Positions 1 to 12,532 of a DNA stretch of 64,000 bases are shown here, piece after piece. Made by a program: the position numbers and the translations under genes. Origin of the DNA: Octopus bimaculoides (Eukaryota); contig NC_068982.1 of NCBI RefSeq assembly GCF_001194135.2, positions 48,809,694 through 48,873,693 of the forward strand. The letters run 5' to 3'. The notes beneath the pieces are model-generated. The model was not told the origin of the DNA. It did not search any database and was given only the letters and a program-made list of their open reading frames with translations. How positions within the stretch are numbered: the first letter of the stretch is position 1; the number at the start of each line of letters is the position of its first letter.

Positions 1-29
1 ATCGTTTGTTGTTGATGATACTAGACACT

Positions 30-125
30 AGTCTCAGTAGTAGTAGTAGTAGTAGTTTTGGTGGTGGTAGTGGTGGTGGTACTCGTAATTTGTACTAGTA
101 GTAGTAGTCGTAGTAGTGGTGATTA
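30..125. repeat. (TAG)/(TGG) trinucleotide microsatellite (another at about 650-715)
   Basis: Direct inspection. Confidence 0.9.
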
Positions 126-405
126 TAATCGCCACGGTCTGTGTTGCTTGCAGTATTTAGTAACCTTAGTCGTACTAGTGAACACTGCTTTGAAGTGTGT
201 TTGTATCAAATGTGTAAGACTTATTTCCTGATGCACACACATATATATACATCTACCTATTTACATATGTAGATTATACACAAAAATTATATATATATAT
301 ACACAAAAATTATATATATATATACACATATACGTACGTACCTACGTATAGATAGTATAGTCCTTGTGTTTAGGTATACGTGTGCATGTGTCAGTAATAT
401 ACGTT

Positions 406-436
<31 letters not shown>

Positions 437-1869
437 TAGTTGTATGTATAGTAAAGTCCTTGTGTTTATATATGTGTGTGTATGTCAGTGAATAATACGT
501 ATATGTACGTGTGTGTGTGAGTATGTTACTTGCGAAACTGAAACGAACGTAACAAGAGTCAGGGAAGAGAACACGAAAACTAGTTTTGCATCGAAGCTAT
601 TATTATTTGTATAGTTTTATAGTAAATTGAGAATCATCCGTTGCATGTGTAGTACTACAAGTAGTAGTAGTAGTAGTAGTTATTGTAGTGATAGTGGTGA
701 TAATGGTGGCGGAGGCTGTGATGCTGCTGATGTGACGGGCGAAATAAAATCGTTACCGGGATTTTGTAATGATAGTAACGATGATGATGAAGGTTATTAA
801 TTTAGTGGTGGTGCTAGTCCGGCTAAAAGACAGGCACCTAAGCTAAGTAATGTGTCATCCGCGAGGCAATCAGCGCCAACGTATAAGGAATTCCCTTCCT
901 CATCATAAAGCAGCGTAACAGGTAAAAACGAACGTTACTTCCCCCACGAAATGACACACGACCAGCTTGCTTGTGTAATGTGTGCATGCGAGTGTGTGTG
1001 TATTTATTAAATACTTATATCTCTGACTTCATGTGCTCAACTGTATTCACGTTTGTTTACGTACTTGTGTGTGCGTGTGTGTATGTGAAAAAGAGAAAGA
1101 GACTGGGAGAGAGAGAGAAAGAAAGAATCTTTACTGTTAGTGAGGATGGATAAAAGCAACTGGGATGTTTATATCGTGAGGCTACGGAACTCATTTCACA
1201 CACACGTCACTAGTTTCATTTTCTATATCTGTATCCATCCATTCATCCATCAACGCATCTATCTATCTATCTATCTATCTATCTACATAGATAGAGATCG
1301 TAATATTCATACACATACACACATATGTGCGCGTGTGTATATCATAATTTAAGAAGTAGGAGATGAGGTGAGAGAGAGAGAGTAAGAAAGAAACAGAATT
1401 GAAGGATTACGATAGACGTTTTCTGATACGTCGGCGTGCGCACGTGCCACAATCAAGAGCTTAGAATTGTCAACACAGAGCAGTGTTTGACAATTGCTGT
1501 TGATATTGTTTAACCCTAGGTCACTCAACCGCAATCCCACTTCCCCATGCCTGTCATGTTACGCTTATCTTATTTTGCCTTATTATTTATCATTTTGATA
1601 ATAATTATTTGTAGTTAGTTTTGATCCCTTGTGTAGCTTAGCACTACTTTATTATTCAATGTGTCCTTTCCTTTATAAGACGGCAGAGTGTTTGTGGCTG
1701 CTATTTTTAGCAGAACGAACCGCCACATACAGGCTCATTCGTTGGCAATTATAATTTGTTAATGTCGTTCGTTCATTGCTCATTATAGCAATTGTCACAA
1801 AACAGAAAACAAGGAAAGAAAGAGAAAATAAAACTGTAGAACGATATACTTGAGCGGGTTTATTATTTA

Positions 1870-2315
1870 TCGTTGGCCGTCTTTACTCGTTCCGAGTTCA
1901 ACTACCGTCGAGGTGGACGTCGCCTTTCGTCCTTTCGGAGTCGATGAACGAAGTACCAGTTGTACACTGAGGTCGATATAATCGATTTACTCCCCTCCCT
2001 CCCTCAAAATTTCAGGCTGAGTGCGTATAGTAGAAAAGATTGCTGGTAGAATCGTAAGCTCGTCAGGCAAAATGCTTAGCGGTATTTCGTCCGTCTTTGT
2101 GTTCCGAGTTCAACGCCCGCCGGGATTGACTCTGCCTTTTTGGGATCGATAAAATAAGTACCAATTGATCACTGGGACCGACGTAATTGACTAGCCCCCT
2201 CCCACAAAATTTCAGGGCTTGTGTCTATAGCAGAAATGATTTGTATTACTAAGGCGACGAGTAGACAGAATCGTTCTTTACCAACACCAAATTTCAAGCC
2301 TTGTGCCTATTTATA
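1870..2315 (+). mobile_element. Three head-to-tail SINE A copies (short tail), diverged; third copy internally deleted
   Basis: Repeated GAGTTCAA B-box, GTCGAT..AAGTACCA central block and AAATTTCA.G..TTGTG.CTATAG tail. Confidence 0.7.
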
Positions 2316-2369
2316 GAAAGGACACATACATTATATATATATATATTATCCTTTATCTTTTACTTGTTT

Positions 2370-2970
2370 CAGGCATTAGACTGCGGCCATGCTGGGGCAC
2401 CGCTTTGAAGAAGTTTTAGTCGTCTGAATCAACCTCAGTACTATTTTTTTTTAAAGCTTGGTACTTATTCTATCGAATTCTTTTGCTGAACCACCAAGTC
2501 AGAGTGACGGTTGTCAAGCGGTGGTAGGGTACAAACACAGACACAAAGACACATACATACACACACACATATATATACGATGCGCTTCTTTCAGTTTTCG
2601 TCTATCAAATCCACTCACAAGGCTTTGGCCGGCCCAAGGCTATAGTAGAAGATACTTGCTCAAATTGCCATGCAGTAAGACTGAACTCGTAACCATGTGG
2701 CTGGGAAGCAAGCTTCTTATTTCTTTATTGCCCACAGGGGGCTAAACATAGAGGGGACAAACAAGGACACCAGAGGGATTAAGTCGATTACATGGACCCC
2801 AGTGCGTAAGTGGTACTTAATTTATCGACCCCGAAATGATGAAAGGCAAAGTCGACCTCGGCGGAATTTGAACTCAGAAAGTAACGGCAGACGAAATACC
2901 GCTAAGTATTTCGCCCGGCGTGCTAACGATTCTGCCAGCTCGTCACCTTCTTACCACACACCCACGCTTG
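2370..2970 (-). mobile_element. SINE B (tRNA head, CORE-like block, internal microsatellite, tail), split by SINE A
   Basis: Tail at 2370-2550, CA/TA tract, CORE-like and head at 2590-2719, head remainder at 2950-2970. Confidence 0.75.
2720..2949 (-). mobile_element. SINE A, long (Tx1-like) tail, inserted in a SINE B head
   Basis: Full head-to-tail copy. Host AAGCTTCTTA|CCACAC is split, with CTTCTTA on both sides. Confidence 0.85.
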
Positions 2971-3230
2971 TATATACGCGCGCGCACGTATTCTTTTGTT
3001 AGTTTGAGCAGTGGAATTGCGGCTAGTCTGGAGCACAGCCGTCAAGAGTTATAGTCTATGATATACATACTTAAATTATCGATCCGTTAAGTTAGGAATT
3101 TTGACAGATAAATAGTCTTACGCACGTGCGCTCATACGCGTACATACATGTATGCGTGTTCCTGTACAATAGAGTCGGAAATAGTGTCAAAATCCGATGT
3201 TTGTTCTAAGCATCGGTAATCATGATTCTT

Positions 3231-3436
3231 ATTTCTTTACTGCCCACAAGGGGCTACACACAGAGGGGACAAACAAGGACAGACAAACGGATTAAATCGA
3301 TTATATCGACTCCAGTGCGTAACTGGTACTTATTTAATCGACCCCGAAAGGATGAAAGGCAAAGTCGACCTCGGCGGAATTTGAACTTAGAACGTAACTG
3401 CAGACAAAATACCGCTAAGCATTTCGCCCGGCGTGC
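3231..3436 (-). mobile_element. SINE A, long tail, slightly 5'-truncated
   Basis: Same consensus as 2720-2949. Flanks AATCATGATTCT and AATCACGATTCT are TSD-like. Confidence 0.85.
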
Positions 3437-4009
3437 GAAATCACGATTCTCTTACAGGAAAAGAAAAACATTCTCAGAAGGAATTTCTACACAATTTCTG
3501 CAACTTTTCAGTTTTGACTTTCTTTTGAAAATTCTTTCAAATTAATGTTTTAAACATCTGAGATTAAGATTCTTGAAAAATATTTTCGAAAAAACGTCAA
3601 AACTGAAAAATTATGGAAAAGATCAGGGAGGAGGGATCCCGTCTCCCAATTTTCTGGTTTTATCCGTTGTTTTATTTATTTATTTTTTTTTTCAGAATCG
3701 TAATTTACGATACTTTACACATGAATATCCGAACAATTTAGAGTTTTGGCGTTCTAGATATTTTCCGACTCTATTCTATAAGAATGCGTGTATAACTCCT
3801 TCACACGCACACACATACGCGCGTGCACATGCATATCGATCTAAGGCGATATTAAAAGAAGCATGCCGAAGATGCGGCGTAATGAGATTAAATCCGGAAC
3901 CCTGTCGTTGAATAAATCCATGTAAGTATGCTTGAATGTGTGGATATATATATATATGCATGTATATATATGTATGACGGCGTGGAGGCACAAGAATGGT
4001 TGTGTGACT

Positions 4010-4241
4010 AAGGCGGCTAGCTGGTAGAATCGTTAGCACGCCGGGCGAAATGCTTAGCAGTATTTCGTCTGCCGTTACATTCTGAGTTCAAATTCCGCCG
4101 AGGTCGACTTTGCCTTTCATCCTTTCGGGGTCGATAAATTAAGTACCAGTTACGCACTGGGGTCCATGTAATCGACTTAATCCGTTCGTCTGTCCTTGTT
4201 TGTTCCCTCTATGTTTAGCCCCTTGTGGGCAATAAAGAAAT
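4010..4241 (+). mobile_element. SINE A, long tail, inserted in a SINE B head
   Basis: AAGGCGGC..TGGTAGAATCG (A-box-like), GAGTTCAAATTCC (B-box), tail GGGCAATAAAGAAAT. 15-bp TSD AAGAATGGTTGTGTG at 3992-4006 and 4242-4256. Confidence 0.9.
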
Positions 4242-5520
4242 AAGAATGGTTGTGTGGTTAAGAATTAAGCATTGCAACCACTTTATTCCTGGTTCGATCC
4301 CACTGCAAAGCGCCCTTAAGCAAGTACCTTATACTAAAGCCTCGAGTAAACCATATCTTGTGAGTGGAATTTTATAGACGGAAACTGTACGGAAACCTGC
4401 TGTGTATGTTACACCTGCCTAAAATTTGGTATTGTTTTGTTGAATTTTTACTATTTACCCCAGTCTCACTTTGAAAGTGAAACTAATGTTTTCCCTATGG
4501 TTTTTGGTATCCTTTGAAAGAATCTGGTCAAAAAAAAATGTTAGAAATTACTCGTTCAATATACCTTTCCCTGTAGAAGATAGCCAAAGGCGAGGAATGA
4601 ATCAAATTGCAAAAAAAGTCACAGGAAAAAAAAAATTGTGCTGATCGATGGAGAACTAAGACTGTAGAAGAGTTTCGGTAAATCCCAAGTTGACATTCGT
4701 AAAATCGAATTTGTTTTAGTTTCAGTTTCATTTCAACTAACTCGTGGACACCCTGCTACTCCTTGTTTTATTTTGAATCCCAACGAAATACTTACAGATC
4801 AGCAGATAATCAATGAAATGCATTCAGTTACGACACTGGCTCGATCTTTGTCAGATTCAGCGACTTGTATTGCTTAGTGTGTGTCCACCGTGGATTGTGG
4901 AAGACTGTTCACATGTGCCCAGAGTAAAAACTCTATTCAAAATAAGAATAACATTTTCCCTCACTATTCACTCGCTGTTCACTGTTTTATTGAAGCACTT
5001 CTTGGATGACTATGATTTTACGAACGTCAGATAGGAAATTACCAGAGTTTCTTCATGGCGTCGGTTGGAATATTCGTCTTTGTCATCAACATTAAAAATA
5101 CTGAATATATATGTAAAGGTACGATACTATGTTAAGGTGTTTTCAATCTGTAAATATCATATTCTGTCAATAAATGACTGGACTGAATTGTTTGTTTCGT
5201 TGCCTTCGCTTAAGAAATTGAATAAAAGGTTCTCTCCACTTTATTAATTTACCGTCAATTATTAAAAGATTAAAAGTATTCTTTTGTTTATTACATTAAA
5301 TTGTTTTAGTATTCAAATATTTTTTTTTTACGTAATTCTGGTTTAAGCACTTCATGTAACTCCTCACAGCTTTTTCTTTTTTGAAAATGTCAGAATAACT
5401 TTTGTGAAAATAATGATTAAAAAAAAAAATTATACGTCTTTCCCCATAAATCCGAAAAGTTCCACTGTTTTTCGAATTCAGCAATTATGGGACTATACAT
5501 ACATGCACATACATATATAC

Positions 5521-5555
<35 letters not shown>

Positions 5556-5606
5556 GATATAGATATATACATACACACATATGTATACATATACATATAT
5601 ACATGC

Positions 5607-5943
5607 TGAGACCCACTTCGGTCATGACTGACCATGGGATTGCACATAGAAAGTTACCCTGCCTGGCACAAGTCCGGGCAAGGTTGTTTATGGAAGACCA
5701 GCAGTCGCCCGTGCATACCGGCCTCTTCTCTCCATGCCACCAGTTTAATCCAAGGGAAAGGCAAAGGCCGACACAGCCTGGCACTTGTGACGTCGCAACT
5801 CATTTCTACAGCTGAGTGAACTGGAGCAACGTGAAATAAAGTGTCTTGCTGAAGAACACAACATGCAGTCCAGTCCGGGATTTGAAAATCACAATCCCAC
5901 GATCGTAAGTTCGACGCTCTAACCACTGAGCCATGCACCTTCA
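5607..5943 (-). mobile_element. SINE E (tRNA head, CORE-like block, RTE-like tail)
   Basis: A-box TGGCTCAGTGG, degenerate B-box, GTGTTCTTCAGCAAGACACTTT block, and a tail matching 29775-29965. Confidence 0.8.
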
Positions 5944-7278
5944 TATGTGCATGCGTGCGTGCGAGTAGATGTATATATGGAAAAAAAAAGTCAAGGTAGA
6001 AAATGCTAAAATACTTTTATAAACAACATTTCAGTACCGGTTTCGATCCTTGAGATCTTTTCAACTATAAATATGGATAACAAATTTTGGAAAAATTAAA
6101 TTTTGGCAAATTTAAATGGAAAGTCTTTTTAAAAACATATTTTCACAGTGTTCAAATAATACAAGGGGCTTTTTCCTTGTTTCTGTTTGTCTCTGTTTCT
6201 CTTGTTAACTCTTGTGGGTTCGAGGTCGTTGTGAATTCTTGGCGAAGAAGAAGAAGCAGCGGGAGTGCTATGATAGTAGCAGAGTGTTAATTGGTTAAGT
6301 GTCCTGAAAATGACCTGTTATTGACGAGAGTAGTGATTTGAATTCTTGAGAAACCCCTATATATAGATATACATANNNNNNNNNNNNNNNNNNNNNNNNN
6401 NNNNNNNNNNNNNNNNNNNNNNNNNNNNNNNNNNNNNNNNNNNNNNNNNNNNNNNNNNNNNNNNNNNNNNNNNNNNNNNNNNNNNNNNNNNNNNNNNNNN
6501 NNNNNNNNNNNNNNNNNNNNNNNNNNNNNNNNNNNNNNNNNNNNNNNNNNNNNNNNNNNNNNNNNNNNNNNNNNNNNNNNNNNNNNNNNNNNNNNNNNNN
6601 NNNNNNNNNNNNNNNNNNNNNNNNNNNNNNNNNNNNNNNNNNNNNNNNNNNNNNNNNNNNNNNNNNNNNNNNNNNNNNNNNNNNNNNNNNNNNNNNNNNN
6701 NNNNNNNNNNNNNNNNNNNNNNNNNNNNNNNNNNNNNNNNNNNNNNNNNNNNNNNNNNNNNNNNNNNNNNNNNNNNNNNNNNNNNNNNNNNNNNNNNNNN
6801 NNNNNNNNNNNNNNNNNNNNNNNNNNNNNNNNNNNNNNNNNNNNNNNNNNNNNNNNNNNNNNNNNNNNNNNNNNNNNNNNNNNNNNNNNNNNNNNNNNNN
6901 NNNNNNNNNNNNNNNNNNNNNNNNNNNNNNNNNNNNNNNNNNNNNNNNNNNNNNNNNNNNNNNNNNNNNNNNNNNNNNNNNNNNNNNNNNNNNNNNNNNN
7001 NNNNNNNNNNNNNNNNNNNNNNNNNNNNNNNNNNNNNNNNNNNNNNNNNNNNNNNNNNNNNNNNNNNNNNNNNNNNNNNNNNNNNNNNNNNNNNNNNNNN
7101 NNNNNNNNNNNNNNNNNNNNNNNNNNNNNNNNNNNNNNNNNNNNNNNNNNNNNNNNNNNNNNNNNNNNNNNNNNNNNNNNNNNNNNNNNNNNNNNNNNNN
7201 NNNNNNNNNNNNNNNNNNNNNNNNNNNNNNNNNNNNNNNNNNNNNNNNNNNNNNNNNNNNNNNNNNNNNNNNNNNNNN

Positions 7279-7656
7279 CTCCACTATTTAAGTATTACGT
7301 GTCAAAAGTGAAACAAAAACACTCATGTCAAATACTTTCACTTTAAAAATGAAACTATTCCACTAACTGAAACAATCACATTTCGATACTGTAGTGACAG
7401 ATACTTTCACACAGAGAGAAAGAGAGAAAGAGAGAGACAGAAAGAGAGAGAGAGAGATGTATATGTATACATATACATCTCTCTCTCTCTCTTTCTGTCT
7501 CTCTCTTTCTCTCTTTCTCTCTGTGTGAAAGTATCTGTCACTACAGTATCGAAATGTGATTGTTTCAGTTAGTGGAATAGTTTCATTTTTAAAGTGAAAG
7601 TATTTGACATGAGTGTTTTTGTTTCACTTTTGACACGTAATACTTAAATAGTGGAG
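7279..7656. repeat. Perfect 378-bp palindrome adjoining an assembly gap
   Basis: Arms 7279-7467 and 7468-7656 are exact reverse complements with no spacer. Confidence 0.9.
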
Positions 7657-7826
7657 GAGATATTATGTTGCCGTGTGCTCGAACTCTGCAAGAAGTTAAA
7701 AAATTTTTTTGACCAAAACCCCACTGGAACCCTAAGTAAGGCATGTGTAAAATTTGAATGAAATTGGTTGCGTAGTTCTCACAGACAGACAGACAGACAC
7801 ACATTCTCATTTTTATATATATAGAT
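7657..7826 (+). mobile_element. Helitron/Helentron-associated (HINE/DINE-like) short element
   Basis: CATGTGTAAAATTTGAATGAAATTGGTTG..(GACA)n..TTTTTATATATATAGAT architecture. A similar motif lies at about 30930-31075. Confidence 0.35.
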
Positions 7827-7998
7827 ATATATACACATATATATATACATGCATATACATATATACACACATATATATATACATATACACACATATATTA
7901 ATATATGCATATATATAAATATATACATATATATATATATATACAGACATACACACACACACATATATATATATATACATATATATACATATACACAT

Positions 7999-8051
<53 letters not shown>

Positions 8052-8241
8052 ATATAAATAATATATATTATCTATATTATTATATGATTGAACGCCACGC
8101 ATCCTCTTCCTAGTACATATATACATATAATCATATATATGTACATATATATATATATATATATATATTTTACACACACAATAACTCAGATAGATATATA
8201 TATAGATATATAGATAGATAGATAGATAGATATACACACGC

Positions 8242-8281
<40 letters not shown>

Positions 8282-8283
8282 GC

Positions 8284-8357
<74 letters not shown>
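7800..8357. repeat. (TA)/(CA)/(GATA) compound microsatellite
   Basis: Direct inspection. Similar tracts at 28800-29120, 38900-39260, 40480-40620, 41520-41600 and 62870-63000. Confidence 0.95.
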
Positions 8358-8359
<2 letters not shown>

Positions 8360-10019
8360 TGAATGAGCAGGAGAAATAGGTGTGAAATTGCTGAAATTCG
8401 GAATCTTCTGTTCTTCGTTTTATTGATTAAATTCACTAGCTATGATTTATTATTTTTTCAAATGCTGCTCCAGACTACTTCATGTCTTTTAATGAGTAAA
8501 TCACGGCTAAGTCCTTAAACCGTAATCATCTGCTATTAGTTAGTACACCATACACACACACACACACACTCACACACACACACACTCACTCAGCTCATTA
8601 ATGATTATTAACTTAGCACTTTGCAGCTTCACTGCATTGGCAAGGCCGTCGATTTACAGAATCAGTGGAGCTCCTGACAAATTACCTTGGGAGAGTCTCT
8701 TCTCTCTCAATGCGTTTTGAGTTCAGTTCTAGCTGATGATTTTGCTTTCCGTTCTTCCGCAATCGATAGAATTAAAGTACCAGTTAAGTACTAAAGCCAA
8801 TACAATCGAATGTTCCTTTTTCTCCTATCTAAATTTGTAGCCCTGTGCCAAAGTGAGTATTCATTTATTAAGCATACATCGATTATGCAGACATATTGAT
8901 CGAAATTATAAATATATAGTCATAACTTAGCATAAACCTGTTTGTTTGACTGACGGGTGTAGACAAACAGATGAATACCCATTCATAAACGCACACATAC
9001 AAATATATTTTTGGAAATGAAGAAGCCTGTATGTGGTCACGCAATTTGTTAGACAAAGCAGCCAATATTTCCGTCATCACACCCTTCCGATTTAAATAAG
9101 AAAAGGACATTAGATTATGTTGCCCCTGATATCTCTAAAATACATGATAGTCACAGTTAAAATGCTTTTAATCATACACTTGCTCTATCGAAGCTGATAT
9201 GTGGCTTAAACAACTATAATATTTATACAAATAAACATAAATGAAACACACTTGCAAATATCTATGTCTCTGTCTGTATAACATTTGGTGTATATGTATT
9301 CTCTCTCGTTCGCACACACACACACACACACACACAGCCACATACTCAACAAATGAACAAGACCTCTACGTAGTCGAAATATGTACTAGAAATAACTGCT
9401 AAATTTCCCAAATATCAGACCCTGTTGTCTCAAATATGTAAAGGACCCATTGTGTAAGGTAGTCCTAAAAAACATCGTTAAAAGCTCAGGTGGTCACATC
9501 TGGGATACCTTTGATTAAATAACTGCAGGAGGTAGGACGGGCGGGCGACCTAGGGCCAAACCGCAACAAATTCGATTTTTATATTAAAATATGAAGCCGT
9601 ACTATTCATACGTATCTCTTCTGTAGTCATAGATTCAGTAAATTTACCAATAAATTTACCTACTTTAACCACGGTATATTACTGGTATGTAATTTAACAA
9701 CTCTTGGGAGAAATATATTACGATGTCGATGTAAGTAATATGTCAATCATAAATTCTAATCAGTTATCGATACATATTGATTATCTTATGTTCACTTTTG
9801 TCTACACTCTAATATATACTCGCAAACTCTGTGTGTGTGCTTGTATTTGTTAACTGATTTAGTCGAACCTAGTACTTATTTTTAAAATCTGGCACTCATT
9901 CTATTGATCATTTTTCTCGAACCGCTACATTACAAGGGTGTAAACAAGCGTGCACCAACTGTGAAGCAACGATGGGGGATGAACACAAAGACACTAAACG
10001 ACGGGCTTGTACAAAGTTT

Positions 10020-10170
10020 TCGTTTACGAAATTCACTCACGAGGCATTTGGTCGGCTCGGCGCTGTAGCAGAAAGACACTCGTCCTAAATGCCGTGCAGT
10101 GGACTGAATCTGAAATCAAGTGGTCGCCAAGCGAGCTCCTTAACCACACAGCCATACCTACGCATACATG
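10020..10170 (-). mobile_element. SINE B 5' half, diverged (similar copies at about 4242-4410, 16335-16490 and 27765-27906)
   Basis: GTGCAGTGGACTGAATC..CTTAACCACACAGCCATACC. Confidence 0.65.
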
Positions 10171-10389
10171 GAGATACCCAAAAGTAACCGGAAACGTTCT
10201 CTGTGGCACAAGCTCATTATAGTTCAGGTTTCCACCACTAGAAGCCATTTGATGCAACCCTCAGGCATCAGTCTATCGAGCGGCGGCGTTTTGTGCAGTC
10301 ATAATGCCACGTGGTGCGTCTTGGTTTTGCAGAGTTTCTCCCCAGTTCGTCGACTTTTGCGATGATTGAAACGAAGGAACAACATGCTT

Positions 10390-10826
10390 CCTTGAAATTC
10401 TGTTTTCTGATGCAGAAAACGGCGGCCGAAATAATTGTCATGCTTCAAACAACTTACAAGGACGCTGCCATGAGCAAAATATAAGTTTACGAGTGGTTTC
10501 CACACTTCAGGAATGGTCACCTGTCGCTTGAAGACCAACCTCGTTCAGGACGACCGTCGACCTCCCGAACAAATAAAAAGATCATGAAAATTCATAAACT
10601 GATATTAGAGGACCGTCACCGAACAACTGACGAACTTGTTGATATGACTGGTGTGTCCTGGAGCTCCTACCAGTTTTGAATTTTGAGCGAGGAATTGCGA
10701 ATGAAAAAAGTTGCAGCGAAATTAGTTGCCTCCCTTACTCACGGAATATCAAAATCAGTTATTATTGAATGCATGTTGTGAACTGAAAGAACAGTTAGTT
10801 GATCCGAACTTTTTTCGAAGGTCATT
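10390..10826 (+). pseudogene. mariner transposase N-terminal fragment
   Basis: LKFCF..KTAAEIIVMLQTTY..VYEWF.HFRNGHLSLEDQPRSGRPS..ILSEELRMKKVAAKL: HTH region and linker, with stops and frameshifts. Confidence 0.85.
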
Positions 10827-11379
10827 GACTTGATTACTGTTTCGTCTCCGGGTCGTAGCTGTAGCATCAGCTTTCGTTACCAGTCATGTCGACAGTTATT
10901 AACACCGTTCAATGTAAATAGTCAACACCAAATATATTACGACCAGCAATAAATATCACAGTTAAATGTTCGTGAATCTGTTTCAGTTTTTATTCACGCA
11001 ACCAACAACGTACACTATAACAGTGATAATTAAGCCATCTACTTCCACAATGGTGACTCGGACGTTCGAAGTATATTGCCATTGATCAGCTCAACTCAAG
11101 CAAACCACGCGACATGACCAATGGAGGACGGTAGATTGTCAGAATTGCAGGAATTAAGAATATTGAATTAAATATTTTGCGATATTTGTTCCGGATCTAG
11201 GTGCTCTGAATTCAAATCCCACCACGGTCTACTTGGAATAGTGAATTTAATCCATCACAAGGTTCAACACCCTCACTCAGTATATTGGCTGCTTTTAACG
11301 GAGCCCACTTTGTTGCAAGCATTTTAACTCGGTCTCTAGTTTGAGAACATCTCTAACAGGTGATAAAAAAAAAAACGAA

Positions 11380-12270
11380 AAATGTACCCCAACTTTGACT
11401 TTGTTTCTTCATAATTTTCAGAAAAATGGATAATTTTCTGATGAAATTTTCTACAAATGCCCTTCAGATGGCGTAGATTCCAATTCACACGGATCAATTT
11501 TGTTGCTTCGTATCTTTCAGAAAAATGGATACTTTTTGATGAAATTTTCTATAAATACCTTTCAGATGGGGTAGATTAAGATTGTATTGGAATTTGTAGG
11601 GAAAATCCTTTACGGAGAGGAAGGAGAGGATAATTCACACGAACTGACTTTGTTTCCTTTTAACTTTAAGAAAATGTTTAAATTTTCAAATGAAATTTTC
11701 TACAAATATATTTCAGATGGTGTATATTCCAGTTACATCGGAATCAGTAGTAAAAAATATTTTCTGAGAATGGGGAGAGGATAATTAACACAGGTCGACT
11801 TCCTTTCCTCATAACTTACAAAAAAATTGATACTTTTCAATGAAATTTTCAGCAATAATATTTCAGATTGTGTAGATCACGATACTATGGGAATCTAACG
11901 TTAAAAATAGAATTGGTGCGCGCGCACTCAAACATAGTGACACACATCACATCTATTAAAATTTTGACAATAATATGTGATGGGTATCTGAATGTATGTA
12001 CGCGCATCCACTATTTATTTTTTAATATTAGAATTTAACTGTGATATAATCGTAATCTACACGATCTGTAAGGTATTTGTAGAAAATTTCATTAAGAAAT
12101 ATCCATTTTTCTGAAAGATATGAGGAAACAAATTGGGTTCGTGTAAATGATCAAAAAGTACACTCCTCGCCTCTGAAAAAAAATTTCACTACAAATTCCG
12201 ATACGTCTGAAAGGCATTTGTGGAAAAGTTCATAATATTCATTTTTCTGAAAGTTATAAGGGAACAAAGC
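11380..12270. repeat. Imperfect tandem units, four direct and two inverted
   Basis: GAAAAATG.ATA.TTT..ATGAAATTTTCTA.AAAT..TTCAGATGG.GTAGAT at about 11415, 11515, 11665 and 11815. Reverse complement at about 12055 and 12200. Confidence 0.7.
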
Positions 12271-12411
12271 CGGGACATGGCACACTTGTGTAGGTATGCC
12301 AAAAAGGTAAAAAGGGCGAGTAATAAACCGGTTTATATTCACCTGTTACAGAATCTTTTAACTTTCGAATGCTTCACATTACCCAGCCTAATAAAGAACA
12401 ACTGACTTCAT

Positions 12412-12532
12412 CACTAGCGTAGCTAGGGGCCAGTAGGGGCGGCACTTTTAAAGGGCGGTACTTTTGGGTCTACTGTAGGCAATATGTTTTTTGTAGCGTT
12501 TGGTGACGCCATACACTCTAGCTACACTAGTG
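12412..12532. mobile_element. Short MITE (hAT-like termini)
   Basis: TIRs CACTAG(C/T)GTAGCTAG(G/A)G. No clear TSD. Confidence 0.55.

Noticed and set aside
3503-3610. About 105-bp AT-rich imperfect inverted repeat
   Set aside because: Low complexity, no TSD; probably part of a decayed element.
1870-4241. Recurrent similar units separated by variable sequence, superficially CRISPR-like
   Set aside because: Units are about 200-bp SINEs with A/B boxes and irregular spacing; no cas genes; eukaryotic context.
6295-7284. Long ORFs (up to 343 aa) spanning N-runs here and at 43286-44351, 58703-59977 and 62832-63526
   Set aside because: Open only because N codons contain no stops.
7589-8436. ORFs rich in YI, CV and HT dipeptides throughout the window
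   Set aside because: Translations of (TA)n, (TG)n and (CA)n microsatellites.
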